The translations under genes were made by a program, and so were the position numbers. Positions 14,052 to 27,440 of a DNA stretch of 64,000 nt are shown one piece after another (the first letter of the stretch is position 1; every line of letters starts with the position of its first letter). Source of the DNA: Malacoraja senta (taxonomy: Eukaryota); assembly GCA_038087875.1 (NCBI GenBank), contig CM075999.1:870001-934000 (forward strand). Direction: 5' to 3'. The notes below the pieces were generated by a model, which saw only the letters and a list, made by a program, of their open reading frames with translations, was not told the DNA's origin and searched no databases.

Positions 14052-15238
14052 AACAAAAATGCTGGAGAAACTCAGCGGGTGAGGCAGCATCTATGGAGCG
14101 AAGGAAATAGGCGACGTTTCGGGTCGAGAGCCTTCTTCAGACTGATGTGAGGGTGGGGGGGATGGGAAGAAGAAAGGAAGAGGCGGAGAAAGTGGGCTGA
14201 GGGAGAGCTGGGAATGGGAGGAGAAAGCAGGGATTACCTGAAATTGAAGAAGTCAATGTTCAGACCACTGGGGTGTAAACTGCCCAAGCGAAATATGAGG
14301 TGCTGCTCCTCCAATTTATGGTGGGCCTCACTCTGGCCATGGAAGAGGCCCAGGACAGAAAGGTCTGATTAGGAATGGGAGGGGGTTGAAGTGCTGAGCC
14401 ACCGGGAGATCAGGTTGGTTATTGCGGACCAAGCGGAGGTGTTGGGCGAAGCGATCGCCAAGCCTACGCTTGGTCTCACCGATGTAGAGCAGCTGACACC
14501 TAGAGCAGTGGATGCAATAGATGAGGTTGGAGGAGGTGCAGGTTAACCTCTGCCGCACCTGGAAAGACTGCTTGGTTCCTTGAATGGAGTCAATGGGGGA
14601 GGTAAAGTGACAAGTGTAGCATTTCCTGCGGTTGCAAGGGAAAGTGCCAGGAGAGGGGCTGGTTTGGGTGGGAAGGGACGAATTGACCAGGGAGTTATGG
14701 AGGGAGCGGTCTCTGCGGAAAGCCAACAGGGGAGGATATGGGAAGATGTGGCCAGTGGTGGGATCCCATTGGTAGACAAAAAAGCTGGAGAAAATCAGCG
14801 GGTAAGGCAGCATCTATGGAGCGAAGGAATAGACAACGTTTCGGGTCGAGACCCTTCTTCAGATTGATGTCGGTGGGGGGGGGGGGGGGGACATGAAAAA
14901 GAAAGAGGCAGAGACAGTAGGCTGTGGGAGAGCTGGGAATTGGAGGGGAAGGAGGGAGAAAGCAAGCACTACCTGAAATTAGAGAAGCCAATGTTCATAC
15001 CGCTGGGGTGTAAACTACCCAAGCAAATATGATGTGCTGCTCCTCCAATATGCGGTGGGCCTCACTCTGGCCATGGAGGAGACCCAGGACAGAAAGGTCA
15101 GAATGGGAAGGGGAAAGATTCGGAATTGGAAGGGGAGTTGAAGTGTTGAGCCACCGGGAGATCAGGTTGGTTATTGCGAACTGAGTGGAGGTGTTGTGCG
15201 AAGCGATCGCCAAGCCTGCGCTTGGTCTCACCGAGGTT
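14052..15238 (-). mobile_element. Penelope-like element, two tandem partial copies, GIY-YIG endonuclease remnant
   Basis: ORF 14328-14813: CNRRKCYTC...NLIYCIHCSRCQLLYIGETKRRLGDRFAQH...VAQHFN. A second copy starts at ~14773 with the same terminal block. Confidence 0.88.
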
Positions 15239-15239
15239 G

Positions 15240-15607
15240 ATCACACGCTGAATAATCCAACCACATTTTTGTTTGGAAGTGGAAAGAAATAATAGAAATT
15301 GCATTCATTGCAACGTGTAAAAAAAGTTGAGATACTGTATTATAATTTTGCTGCATGTCATTGTGGTATATATTATGTCTTGATTGGTGAATATGTTTAG
15401 TTTGTGACTTTATTTGAAGCAGAAATAATATGTGAATGCTTCATTGAGCATAATTCCGACTGGTAACTACGCACTTCGTCCGAGCACATTATCGCATGCG
15501 TCATGCAAGCCGTCTTAAATGACCACCTAAACTGTCATTTGGCAACTTAAAAAGCTGCCAAGGTTGCCCGGCTGACAACAGTGAAAAAAAAATAAGTGAG
15601 AACACTG
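15240..15607. mobile_element. Probable hAT-type DNA transposon end
   Basis: Ends ...GTGAGAACACTG (reverse complement CAGTGTTCTC, a hAT-like terminus). Partner end not seen. Confidence 0.3.
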
Positions 15608-15879
15608 TCATAGGCCTTTCTTACATATGCTGTCACAACGCACTGTAGTCTCTAAACAACCCTTCAGTAATTTTCCTTGCCCTCCATTTCAGAATAATAG
15701 TGTTTTAAGCCAATAACTTGACACTAGCACTGGCAATAAATAAATAAATAAAAAGCGCAGCTTTCCAGCCCCTTATCTCATTGGCCACGCTCGGCTGCAG
15801 ATCGGTGCCAATCTGATGGACCATCTTCCTCTAGTCGTGGGGGTGGGGGATTGGGAGGGGCCTCACAAGTGGAACAGCT

Positions 15880-16740
15880 TAGGGCCTCTCTTCATCTAAA
15901 TCCGTCCCTGTATAGTTCCACCTGCCTGCATTTGATCCATTTCCCACTAAACCTATCCTGTCGATGTACCTGTCTAAATGTTTCTAAAACATTGCGATGG
16001 TACCTAAAGTACACTGTATACTCTTTCCAGCTTAATGGCATACTTTCCTATAACGGAGACCAAATACTCCAGGTGTGGCCTCATTAAAATCTACAACATC
16101 CCAACTTCTATACTCAATTCCCTGACTATCGAAGGCCTTCTGAAAATCCAAGAAAAAAAAATCCCCAGCCTCTCCTTTATCTATCCTGCTTGTTACTTCT
16201 CAAAGAATTCGAACAGATTTGTCAGGCAAAGTCTCTCCTTCACAAAACCATGCTGAGTTCAGCCTATTTTATCATATGCCTCTAAGTACTCAGTTTCCTC
16301 ATCCTTAATAATGGACTCTAAAATGTTACCTACCACTGAAGTTAGGCTAACCGGCCTATAATTTCTTTTCTTTTGCCTTGCTCCCTTCTTGAACAGTGGA
16401 GTAACATTTTCAAATTTCCAGTCCTCTGGGACCACTCCTGACTCTAGTGATTCTTGAAAGATCATTACTAATGGCCTCCACAATCACAAAAGCTACCTCT
16501 TTCAGAAACCTGGGGTGTAGTCTATCTAGTCCAGTAGACTTATCCACCATCAGACTTTTTAGTTTCCCAACCACCTTCTCTTTAGTAATAGCAACTCCAC
16601 TAATTTCTTTCCCCTGACTATCTTGAATTTCTGGTATGGTGCTGGTGTCTTTTCCTGTGAAGACTGATGCTAAAAACTCAATTAATAGCCATTTCTCTAT
16701 TCCTCATTACTTCTTCTCCAGTATATTCAGTTCCTTCCTA
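15880..16740 (-). mobile_element. CR1 LINE fragments (degenerate)
   Basis: IFQESLESGVVPEDWK..VTPLFKKG...NYRPVSLTSVVG in ORF 16259-16483. Confidence 0.8.
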
Positions 16741-16969
16741 TGCTTTTACTTTTTATGTGTTCAAGTCTATTTTTCAAGTCTCGATGAATATTAAATTGTG
16801 AGCTAGTTTTCTGTTGAAGATTGGTTCCCGTTTGTATTGACTGCATGCCACTCATATCCCAAAACTCCATAAAGGTGCTCTATGTCGACTAATCCCTAGT
16901 ATGCTTGACACTCCCAAATTTTGGAGACACAAGAGAATGTAGATGCTAGAATCCTGAGTCAAAAACAAA

Positions 16970-18048
16970 TTGCAGACAGGAAACAAAGAGAAGGGATTAA
17001 CAGGTCCTTTTCAGAACGGCAGGCAGTGACTAGTGGGGTACCGCAATGCTCGGTGCTGGGACCGCAGCTATTTACAATAAACATCAATGATTTAGATGAA
17101 GGGATTAAAAGTAACATTAGCAAATTTGCAGATGACACGAAGCTGGGTGGCAGTGTGAACACTGAGGAGGATGCTATGAGGATGCAGGATGACTTGGACA
17201 GGTTGGGAGAGTGGGCAGATGCATGGCAGATGCAGTTTAATGTGGATAAATGTAAGGTTATCCACTTTGGTGGCAAGAACAGGAAGGCAGATTATTATCT
17301 AAATGGTGTCAAGTTAGGAAAAGGGGAAGTACAACGAGATCTGGGTGTCCTTGTACATCAGTCACTGAAAGTAAGCATGCAGGAACAGCAGGCAGTGAAG
17401 AAAGATAATGGCATGTTGGCCTTCATAACAAGAGGAGTTGAGTATAGGAGCAAAGAGGTCCTGCAGTTGTACAGGGCCCTGGTGAGACCACACCTGGAGT
17501 ATTGTGTGCAGTTTTGGTCTCCAAATTTGAGGTAGGACATACTTGCTATTGAAGGAATGCAGCGTAGGTTCACGAATCACGGGGTTAATTCTTGGGATGG
17601 CGAGACTGTCATATGTTGAAAGAATGGAGCGATTGGGCTTGTATGCACTGGAATTTAGGATGAGAGGGTATCTTATTGAAACAAATAAGATTATTAAGGG
17701 TTTGGACACGCTAGAGGCAGGAAACATGTTTCCGATGTTGGGTGAGTCCAGAATCAGGTTCAAGTTTAAGAATAAGGGGTAAGCTATTTAGAACAGAGAT
17801 GAGGAAAAACCTTTTCACCCAGAGAGTTGTGAATCTGTGGAATTCTCTGCCTCAGAAGGCAGTGGAGGCCGATTCTCTGGATGCTTTCAAGAGAGAGTTA
17901 GATAGAGCTCTTAAAGATAGCGGAGTCAGGGGATATGAGGAGAAGGCAGGCACGGGTTATTGATTGTGGATGATCAGCCATGATCACAGTGAATGGCGGT
18001 GCTGGCTCATACAGCCGAATGGCCTACTATTGCACCTATTGTCTATTG
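16970..18048 (+). mobile_element. 5'-truncated CR1 LINE (RT C-terminal half and 3' UTR)
   Basis: VTSGVPQ.SVLGPQLF, SKFADDTKLGG, RPHLEYCVQFWSP, FTQRVVNLWNSLP; CCTATTGTCTATTG tail. A further 3' tail lies at ~18255-18470. Confidence 0.92.
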
Positions 18049-20096
18049 CTGGAGGACACAAGGAATGGCAGATGCTGGTTTAAAAAAAAAAAGTGCCACA
18101 AGAACTCAGCAGGCCAGGCAGTATCTGTGGAGGGAAATGGACAGATGATGATTCTGGTAGGGTCCCTTCTTCAGACTGGACACCACAGACTGCAGGTGCT
18201 GGAGTCTCCCAAATTTTGCCTTCCTGTGTGATCATCCTTCACTTTTACGTCTGATGGCAGTGGAGGCCAAGTCACAGAGGGCAGTGGAGGCCAGGTCACT
18301 GGATGGATTTAAGAGAGAGTTAGATAGAGCTCTAGGGGCTAGTGGAATCAAGGGATATGGGGAGAAGGCAGGCACGGGTTATTGATTGGGGACGATCAGC
18401 CATGATCACAATGAATGGCGGTGCTGGCTCGAAGGGGCGAATGGCCTCCTCCTGCACCTATTTTTTCTATGATGCAATAAGTTCGGGAGGAGGTGATGAA
18501 GCAGCCAAGAGAAGCTTCATTTGGCCATGATCTAAAAGACCAACTCAGTGAGTTCAATTTTTCCCAGTCACCAAAGCCTCACCATTCAACTGTCCACCTC
18601 TCACCTGTCAACTGTCCATCATTCACATGATTAAGGAAATGTAAAGTACTAGTTTGAACAAGACTTGGTTGCTTTTTCAAACCTTTTACAAGATTATACA
18701 CTGCTGACAACCTGACATTTGTACACAACAAAGCCTTGTCACGAGAGGAGGCATCAATTTTGACTCTTCTTTTGAACCTCTGCCATAAGATTTGTAATAC
18801 GTTTCTGTAAAGTTGACTTTCCTCATTCCTGGGGAAAAAAAACTTTATAGCAATTAGGCTGAGAAAGTATTTGTTTTACACACCCATAATTACTTCACCT
18901 GTCCAGGTGGATGCAGTTGTTGAAAACTTCTCCGTCTTAACTGTTGATCCAGCATATCTGTAAGGACGTTCATATTTTACCCTACAAAATGTAAAACTAA
19001 AAACTCCAGAATAAATCAATAACAAAAATCTTTCCTGAAATTGCTAGTAAAAGCTGAAATCACCAAAATTGCATGATTTTCAAAAAATCCATTCCCCTTC
19101 CACAAAATAGACAAATAAAAGAAAGATATGGGGTTGCAAATTCGAGTCAGTTTAGACCAAACTTTCTCATCCACATAATTTGTATTTTCATTTGAAACAA
19201 AATCACTTAAGCAGTGGTAAAGCAGAATTTAATATTTACTGGGTCTAAGTATTTTTAAGGTGGATTGATAGATTCTTAGTTAGTTTGGGTGTCAGGGGTT
19301 ATGGGGAGAAGGCGGGAGAATGGGATTGAGAGGGAAAGATAGATCAGCCATGATTGAATGGCGGAGTAGACTTGATGGGGCAAATGGCCTAATTCTGCTT
19401 CTGCACTTATGAACTAAAACTCAAAATATAACCTGATATGGTCTTAAAAATTGTTGTATCTATGATTCTCAGACAGTCCCTTGCTTCCCAATATTTCCAA
19501 AATGTTTCCATATGTTTCGGTACATATGACAATAAAATACTCTTGACTTGATGACCAATAGTTCTCATCACTGTAGCCAGAAGAACCACCACCCTGACAT
19601 CGACCTCAGAAGAAGCCTCAGAAAAAGGTTTGCATATTCAACGGGATCACCTCGCATTCCTCTAAACCCTGGAGGCCAATCTTTTAAATCCCTCTTATTA
19701 AGACAAACCCTTATTCCAGTAATCAGATCAGCAAACAATACAAATTTCTGGAGTAACTCAGATGGGGCATACAGCATCTCTGAAGGACATGGATAGGTGA
19801 TGTTTCGGGTCAGGGCCCTTCTTCAGACTGTGGTGCGGGGGGGGGGGGGGAATGGAAAAGGTAGGAGCAGGACTAAGCCAAGCAGTGTTAGGTGGATACC
19901 AGTGAAAGCAGTTGATTGGCAGATAGGTTGACAAAGGCTGTGAGATAATTAGAGAAGAGACATGAAAATTGAGGCCGGAGGAAGTGATATGGGTGGAGGG
20001 GGAAGGGGGAAAGGAGGACGGGATAGTCATTGAAGTAGAGGCGCATCCAGGTGAGGCACAGGAAAGAGAGGGAGGGAGAAAGAGGAAGAGGCATTT

Positions 20097-21015
20097 GTTT
20101 AAGAAGGAACTGCAGATGCTGGAGAATCGAAGGTAGACAAAAATGCTGGAGAAACTCAGCGAGGAGGCAGCATCTATGGAGCGAAGGAAATAGGCAACGT
20201 TTCGGGTCGAGACCCTTCTTCAGACTGGTGTGAGGGTGGGGGGGGCGGGAAGAAGAAAGGAACAGGCGGAGACAGTGGGCTGAGGGAGAGATGGGAAGGG
20301 GAGGAGAAAGCAGGGACTACCTGAAATTAGAGAAGTCAATGTTCATACCGCTGGGGTGTAAACTGCCCAAGCGAAATATGAGGTGCTGCTCCTCCAATTT
20401 TCGGTGGGCCTCACTCTGGCCATGGAGGAGGCCCAGGACAAAAAGGTCAGATTCGGAAAGGAGGGGGAGTTGAAGTGCTGAGCCACCGGGAGATCGGGTT
20501 GGTTATTGCGAACCGAGCGGAGGTGTTGGGCGAAGCGATCGCCAAGCCTACGCTTGGTCTCACCGATGTAGAACAGCTGACAGCTAGAGCAGCGGATGCA
20601 ATAGATGAGGTTGGAGGAGGTGCAGGTGAACCTCTGCCGCACCTGGAAAGACTGCTTGGATCCTTGAATGGAGTCAAGGGGGGAGGTAAAGCGAAAAGTG
20701 TAGCATTTCCTGCGGTTGCAAGGGAAAATGCCATGAGAGGGGGTGGTTTGGGTGAGAAGGGATGAATTGACCAGGGAGTTACGGAGGGAGCTGTCTCTGC
20801 GGAAAGCCGAAAGGGGAGGAGATGGGAAGATGTGGCCAGTGGTGGGATCCCGTTGGAGGTGGCGAAAATGTCGGAGGATTATTTGTTGTATGTGACGGCT
20901 GGTAGGGTGGAAGGTGAGGATAAGGGGGACTCTGCTCTTGTTATGAGTGGGGGGATGGGGAGTGAGAGCAGAGTTACGGGGTATAGAAGAGACCCTGGTG
21001 AGAGCCTCATCAACA
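20097..21015 (-). mobile_element. Penelope-like element, GIY-YIG C-terminal ORF remnant
   Basis: ORF 20343-21020: RVPLILTFHP...AFRRDSSLRNSLV...NLIYCIRC..C.LFYIGETKRRLGDRFAQH. Confidence 0.9.
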
Positions 21016-23060
21016 GCCATTTGTTGGTAAGTTAAATAAAATTGGAGAATTAAATGTTCATGCCTTTGGATTGTAAGCTGCCCAAGTGGAATATGAGGTG
21101 CTGTTCCTCCAGTTTGCCTGTGGCCTCACTGACAATGGAGGAAGCCCAAGGCATGAAAGTAAATAGGGTAGAGAGTCAGAACCTTCTTTCTGAGGTGGAA
21201 ATGGCAAAGACTTAACACGTATGGGTGGTGAACATATGGAACGAGCTGAGTTGAGCCAGGTACTATAAGAACATTTGGACAGATACATGGATAGGACAGG
21301 TTTAGTGATATATGGGTCAAACAAGGGCAAGTGGGACTATCATGATGGAGCATCTTAGTCGACATGGACAAGTTTGGCCGTAATCCTATTTCCATATTGT
21401 ATGACTAGAGGGCATTGTTTTAAGGTGTGAGGGGCAAAGCTTAAAGGAGATGTGCAGGGGACGTTTATTACAAAGTAGGTGGTGGGTTCCTGGATCGTGC
21501 TGCTAGGGGTGGTGATGGAGGCAGATACAATTGTGGCATTTAATTGTTTTATAGATGGGCTAATGGATATGCAGGGATTGGAGGCGTATGGATCATGTGC
21601 AGGCTGAAGAGATTATTTAACTTGGCATCAATAGTTCATGCTCAGCATGCTCATTGTGGGTCAAAGAGCCTGATCCTGTGCTGTACTGCACTTCATCTCG
21701 CCGGGGATATAGTGCTGTCGGGGATGGAGGTGAAAGATTTAGACCCAGTAATGATGAAGAATAGTGATATATTTCTGAGCTACGACACACACACTGATGA
21801 AAAAAAGACATTTTATGGAGTGCATTAGAAATTCTTTCTCACGGTAATCAAGTGAACGACCTTCTGCTTAAAAATTCCACACTGATACCATTTATCAATG
21901 GGCTCAGCCCCAAGGCATTTTCCAACAAGGATGACTCCTTATCCTCTCTCCTCTTGTGGGTAAACTTCACATAAAGGGGAATGGAATGGAATCCACTGCT
22001 TATTGACAACATTTCATGCAATAAAGCACTCCTATTTATTGCCTAATATCACCAAAGAGTTATTTTTATTCATAACTTTACAATGGCTGTATGAACAATG
22101 CAGTTTAAGGGTGGGCACCAGCTACGCAATGAAAACAATTGCATGTTCTCACCCGCAGGCACTTCACTGCAATTACGACACCTCTTTATCTCACACAACT
22201 TGTGAAATTTATGGGTTTGTTATTTTTACTGAAGGTGGTGTTACTCCCAAGGTTTTCAACATTTTGTTAACTTGTTCACTGCAGCTACTTCGGGCTTAAC
22301 CTTTTATATTTCTTGCTGCCGAGAGGAAATGAGGTTCTGATTTTTGCCCAAATAAAACCCAGGCCAGACAGTGTCTGTGGAGCTAGAAAGAGAGTTAATG
22401 TTTCAGATAATTTTCTTTATTTATAAAGATCAATTTCGCTCTTCACATACATCATCTGAGATCTTGAGCATTGCTATTCTTATTTAACCTACTTTTGCAC
22501 GAGTGACTTTTCTTTGGTTATGGGGATTCAGCTATGTGTAGGTCGATTAGTTTTGGGGATTCGGTTTTGTGTAGGTCACAATACATCAAATGCAGCCTAA
22601 GATTACCAAAGATTTAAAAAGCTGCAACAAGACTTCCTGGTCGCAAAAGGATATTTGCCTCATCCTTTGATTAAAGTTCATTTTATTTTTTTGACGTTGT
22701 TGGAGCTTATAGGCTGGGTGCTGATTAAAGCTATAATCACTCTCTGGATACAAAACCTGCCCCTCACATCCCCTTTAAACTTTCCCCCTCTGACCTTAAA
22801 GCTATGCCCTCTGGTATTTGACATTTCAGGCCTGGAAAAAAAGTGTCTGACTAACTTCCCTATGCTTCTCAATTTTATATACTTCTGTCAGATCTCCCTT
22901 TAGTCTCCAAAGCTCCAGAGAAAACAATCCAAGTTTGTCCAACCTCTCTTTATAACTACCCTCTAATGCAGCCAGCCTCCTGGTGAACCTCTTCTGAACC
23001 CTCTCCACATCCTGTAATGTGGTGACAAGAAGTGCACACAATACATCAAATGCAGCCTAA

Positions 23061-23672
23061 AGGCTCTGTCTCACGGTGTTGCGGTCATCGGCGGTGAAGC
23101 GCGGCGTCACCGGTAGAGGGGACCGCACGGCAACGGCAAGAGCGCCGAGTCTATGCCACGGGAGCGCCGCACGGATGCTGCGCGGGGGCCGAGTGATTTA
23201 AATACGGCTGGTCCCACGAGTAAAAACAAAGGGCGGGCCGACTGCGATGACGTCATTTTGGATCTGCGGGATCTGCGGGGCTGTGGCGGCGGCCGTCCTG
23301 ATCGCGGCGCTGTGGCGGCGGCCGTGCCGCACACGTGCCTCACTGGCGGAGGCTGTGGCGGCGGCTGTGGCGGCGGTCGTGCCTCACTGGCGGAGGCTGT
23401 GGCGGTGCAAGTTCGACGCACGGCGCTCGTGCCTCACTGGCGGCGGCTGTGGCGGCGGCCGTGCCGCACTTGTGCCTCACTGGCGGAGGCTGTGTGGTAG
23501 GAAAAGTTTTTTGAACAGTGTTGGTTTTATTTTAGCACCGTGCGGTGTTGGGAACAATGCCGCACGGCCCCGGAATTGTGCGTTTGACCGAGTGCACGGT
23601 CTATGGCGGCCCAGGAGCGGTAGATTCTTCCTGTTTCGCCGCCAATGACCGCAGACTCGTGAGACAGGCCTT
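23061..23672. mobile_element. PIF/Harbinger-type MITE with internal GC-rich tandem repeat, inserted in a CR1 fragment
   Basis: Ends AGGCTCTGTCTCACG / CGTGAGACAGGCCTT; TAA at 23058-23060 and 23673-23675; CGTGCCTCACTGGCGGAGGCTGTGGCGG repeats at ~23280-23497. Confidence 0.8.
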
Positions 23673-24055
23673 TAAATTACCAAAGATTTATAAAGCTGCA
23701 ACAAGACTTCCTGACTCTTATATTCAACTACTTTCAAGGAACTGTGAACTTGGACCACAAGATCCTTCTGCAAATCAATATTATTAAGGGCCCTAGCACT
23801 AATTGTATATATTTCCCCTTACATTTGACCTTTCAAAGTGCAACACCTCACATTTACCCAGATTGAACTCCAGCTAACATATCTCTGAGAATATCTGGAA
23901 TTGATCCATATATATCCTAGAGTTATATCCTTTGGCAGCCTTCTTCAGTCCTCAACTCCACCAATTTTTGTGTCACCAGCAAACACAAATGTTCCCTAAT
24001 CTATAACACCAGTTACCTCCTCAAAAATGTTCACCTGGTTTATTGGCATGGTTTA

Positions 24056-24901
24056 AACCCCTGTCTCACGGTGCGAGTCTACCCACGAGTGATCCCGAGT
24101 TTAAAACAAATCAAACTCTTGGTAATCACGTAGAATTAATGTAGCGGGAACGTCGGAACCCGTAACGCTAACGGCAGGTACTCGGGAAACTTGTTAACTC
24201 GTGAAACTCTTTCAACATGATGAAAGATTTCCACGAGTCAAATTTACTCTTGAAGTAAAAACTTTAAACTTTTAAACTTGTTGTAAGAACGTAGTAGCCC
24301 GTGAGTTTACCATAGTGACTTGTGAGTCTACCGTGGGCACTCTTTAACTCAGCGGGACAGGCAGCATCTCTGGAGAGAAGGAATGGGTGACGGGATGACG
24401 TTTCCAAAATTCTTCTGCGTCTTTGTGTTACTCCAGCACGGTGTGTTCACTTTTTGTCAACCAGCATCTGCCCTTTCTTGTGTATGACATTATTTGTATC
24501 CGTGGCAGTTGATTGTCGCTCCCTTCAGTTTCCCAGGGGGTCGGGACGGGACGGGACCGGAGTTGGGAGGGAAAGGTGGGGGGGGGGGGGAAGGGGGGAG
24601 TGGGGGGGGTTGGGGTGACTTAGTACGGGAGACAAGTGCAGGAGAGGTGTACTGACTGTGTGGGCAGACACTTTGGTAGTGATTGCCCATGGGGTTCACT
24701 GTCGAGGACTTCAATTTGACTCGTGGAAATCTTTCATCATGTTGAAAGATTTTCACGAGTTAACAAATTTCCCGAGTACCTGCCGTTAGCGTTACGTGTT
24801 CCGACGTTCCCTCTACGTTAATTCTACGAGATTACCATGAGTTTGATTTGTTTTAAACTCGGGATCACTCGTGGGTGGACTCGCACCATGAGACAGGGCC
24901 A
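24056..24901. mobile_element. PIF/Harbinger-type MITE with ~190-bp TIRs
   Basis: 24056-24246 is the reverse complement of ~24712-24901; TTA at 24053-24055 and 24902-24904. Confidence 0.85.
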
Positions 24902-25952
24902 TTACCTGTTACAAATCCATCAATACTCTGCAGAATTAGCTAATGTTTTTCAAGGGTTTCGTTTTTTGCAAGAATAGAGCCTCATATCTGAACCATAAGA
25001 GGCATAGAACAAAATAAGTGACTTCCTTGTTTAACTTGCTTATCTTCCTTAAACATTGACAATTATTTAGCCTTGGGGAAAGAATTTTGTAACATTATCA
25101 CTTAATTATTTGCTACTTCCTCAGCTACTTTAATTTCCTGAGGGAGAAATTGTCAAGTCCTGAAGATGTTAATATTTTCTTCCAAACACGCTAACTGCCT
25201 CGCTGTTAGAAATGAGAAATTGTTTAATTATCATCAGCAACATTGTCAATCTGTCCAGGTCCAGCAAGCCCTCTTATTTTAACATGAAACAGACTGTGAA
25301 TAAAACCAGGCTGCACTAAATCTGGTACCCTTTATCCAATCTGTGCACTGTGGATGGCCTGATTGTATTCATGCTTCGTCTTCTTTTACTGGATAGCACG
25401 CAAACAAAGAGCTTTTCACTGCATCTTATGACAATAGTAAACTAATAAACTAAACTAAATTATCAATCAAGGCACTGAACTTTGGGCTCATCCCAATCCA
25501 ACGAACTTCACAATAAGTTATCACAAGTGATTGGTTAATGGGGTTTAATGCAAAAAAGTGCGAGATGTTGCATTTTGGGAGAATAAATTAGGGCAGGACT
25601 TTCACAGTGAGTGGCAGGGGCCTAGTGAATGTTGTGAAGCAGAGGCATTAGGAGTGCAGGAACATTGGTCATAGGTTATAAGTGATAGGAGTAGAATTAG
25701 GCCAATCGGCCCATCAAGTCTACTCCACCATTCAATCATGGCTGACCTATCTCCCCTCCTAACCCCATTCTCCTGTCTTCTCCCCATAACCTCTGACACC
25801 TGTACTAATAAAAAAAATCTATCTATCTCTGCCTTAAAAATATCCAATGACTTGGCCTCTACAGTCTTTTGTGGCACAAATTCCGTTCCACAAATTCACC
25901 ACCCTCTGACTAAAGACATTTTTCCTTCGAAAAGAACGTCCTTTAATTCTAA

Positions 25953-26709
25953 TGGGCCTGTCCCACTTAGGCGATTTTTCAGTGGACTGCCAGCGACTGT
26001 CAAGTTGCCGGCAGTCGCCTGAAAAACCGGGAACTGGAACAGCGACTGTCAGAGTGGAACACACACACACAAACTCATCGCAAAGGCAGGGGCCTGGGCA
26101 AGCGGGGAGCACTAAAAAATTCCCAATGTGCAAAGCCAAGGTGATACAGACACACACACCGATGAACAGGAAGGATGGCGCTATAATCAAAATAGCTAAA
26201 GCACAGTAAGTCCTTTAAAAGAGGGAGGAGAGGGGGGAGAAGGGGGAAGAAGGAGGGAGAAGGGGGGAGATGGAGTGGAGACAACATTTAAGAAGCCAGA
26301 GATACACGGCTGTGATGTTCGGCAGACATTTGACATCCTTGGTTCTGAAAACTATTGCTTACCTTTTTTTCCCCCCAATGAGCCAATGAAATTCACTGGT
26401 CAGCATCGGCTCCAACCTACGAGAACCTTCGACCTCCTGGCAACCCACTAGGACCTCCTTGCGACCCACCTACGGCTCGAGAATCCGCGCTACTCTCCAT
26501 GGCGACCATTCTAGTCGCCGCTAATTTTTCAACATGTTGAAAACTTCTGGGCGACCATAATGAGGCCGCGACTAATTCCCAAAATGTGGGAACTCCTCAC
26601 GACCATGAAGGCGACTCCCCGGCAACCACCCACGAACATGTGGCGATCATGTGGCGACTGCAAAGTCTCCTGCAGTCGCCTAAAAAGTTGCATAAGTGGG
26701 ACAGGCCCA
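25953..26709. mobile_element. PIF/Harbinger-type MITE inserted in a CR1 3' fragment
   Basis: TGGGCCTGTCCCACTTA ... TAAGTGGGACAGGCCCA perfect 17-bp TIR; TAA at 25950-25952 and 26710-26712. Flanks rejoin as CR1 sequence. Confidence 0.88.
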
Positions 26710-26799
26710 TAAGGCTATCTCTAGTCCTAGACTCTCCCACTCGTGGAACCATCCTCTCCAACATTCTCTCCAAGCCTTTCACTATTCTTCCCTATTGTT

Positions 26800-27440
26800 C
26801 TTTGAAAGTGGGGTCTCAATAGGGTGGTCAAGAGGCTTTTGGTACATTGGCCATCATTAGTCAGATTATTGAGTACAGTAGTTGAGATATTATATTACAG
26901 TTGTACAAAACGTTTGTGAGGCCACATTTGGAGTATTGTGTTCAGTTTTGGTCACCCTGCCATAGGAAGGATGTGGTTGTCGGAGTGTGCAGAGAAGATT
27001 TACGAGGATGTGGCTAGGACTTGAGGGCCTGAGCTGTAGGGAGAAGTTGGACATGTTAAGACTTTATTCCTAGGAGCGCCGGAGGATGAGGGGTGATCCT
27101 ATAGAGGTGTATAAGATAATGAGGGGGATAGGGTAAATGCACTTTTACCCAGAGTAGGGGAATCAAGAACCAGGGGACATAGGTTTGAGGTGAGAGGAGA
27201 AGATTTAATCGGAACCTAAGGGGCAGCTTTTTCACACAGGTGTTGGATATGTGGAACAAGCTGCCAAAGGAAGTAGTTGAGGCAGGTACTATAACAACAT
27301 TTAAAAGACATTTGGACAGGGATATGGATAGGGAAGGTTGAGAGGGATACGGGCCAAATGCAGGTAGTAGGACTAGATGGGGCATCTTTGTCAGCATGGT
27401 CGAGGAGGGCTGAAGGGCTGTTTCCATGTTGTATGACTGT
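26800..27440 (+). mobile_element. CR1 LINE 3' fragment (degenerate)
   Basis: RPHLEYCVQFWSP remnant, RMRGD.IEVYKI, 3' UTR GGGCTGTTTCCATGTTGTATGACT. Confidence 0.75.

Noticed and set aside
23107..23648. GC-rich ORFs / CpG-island promoter
   Set aside because: Lies wholly within a TIR- and TSD-bounded MITE with tandem repeats.
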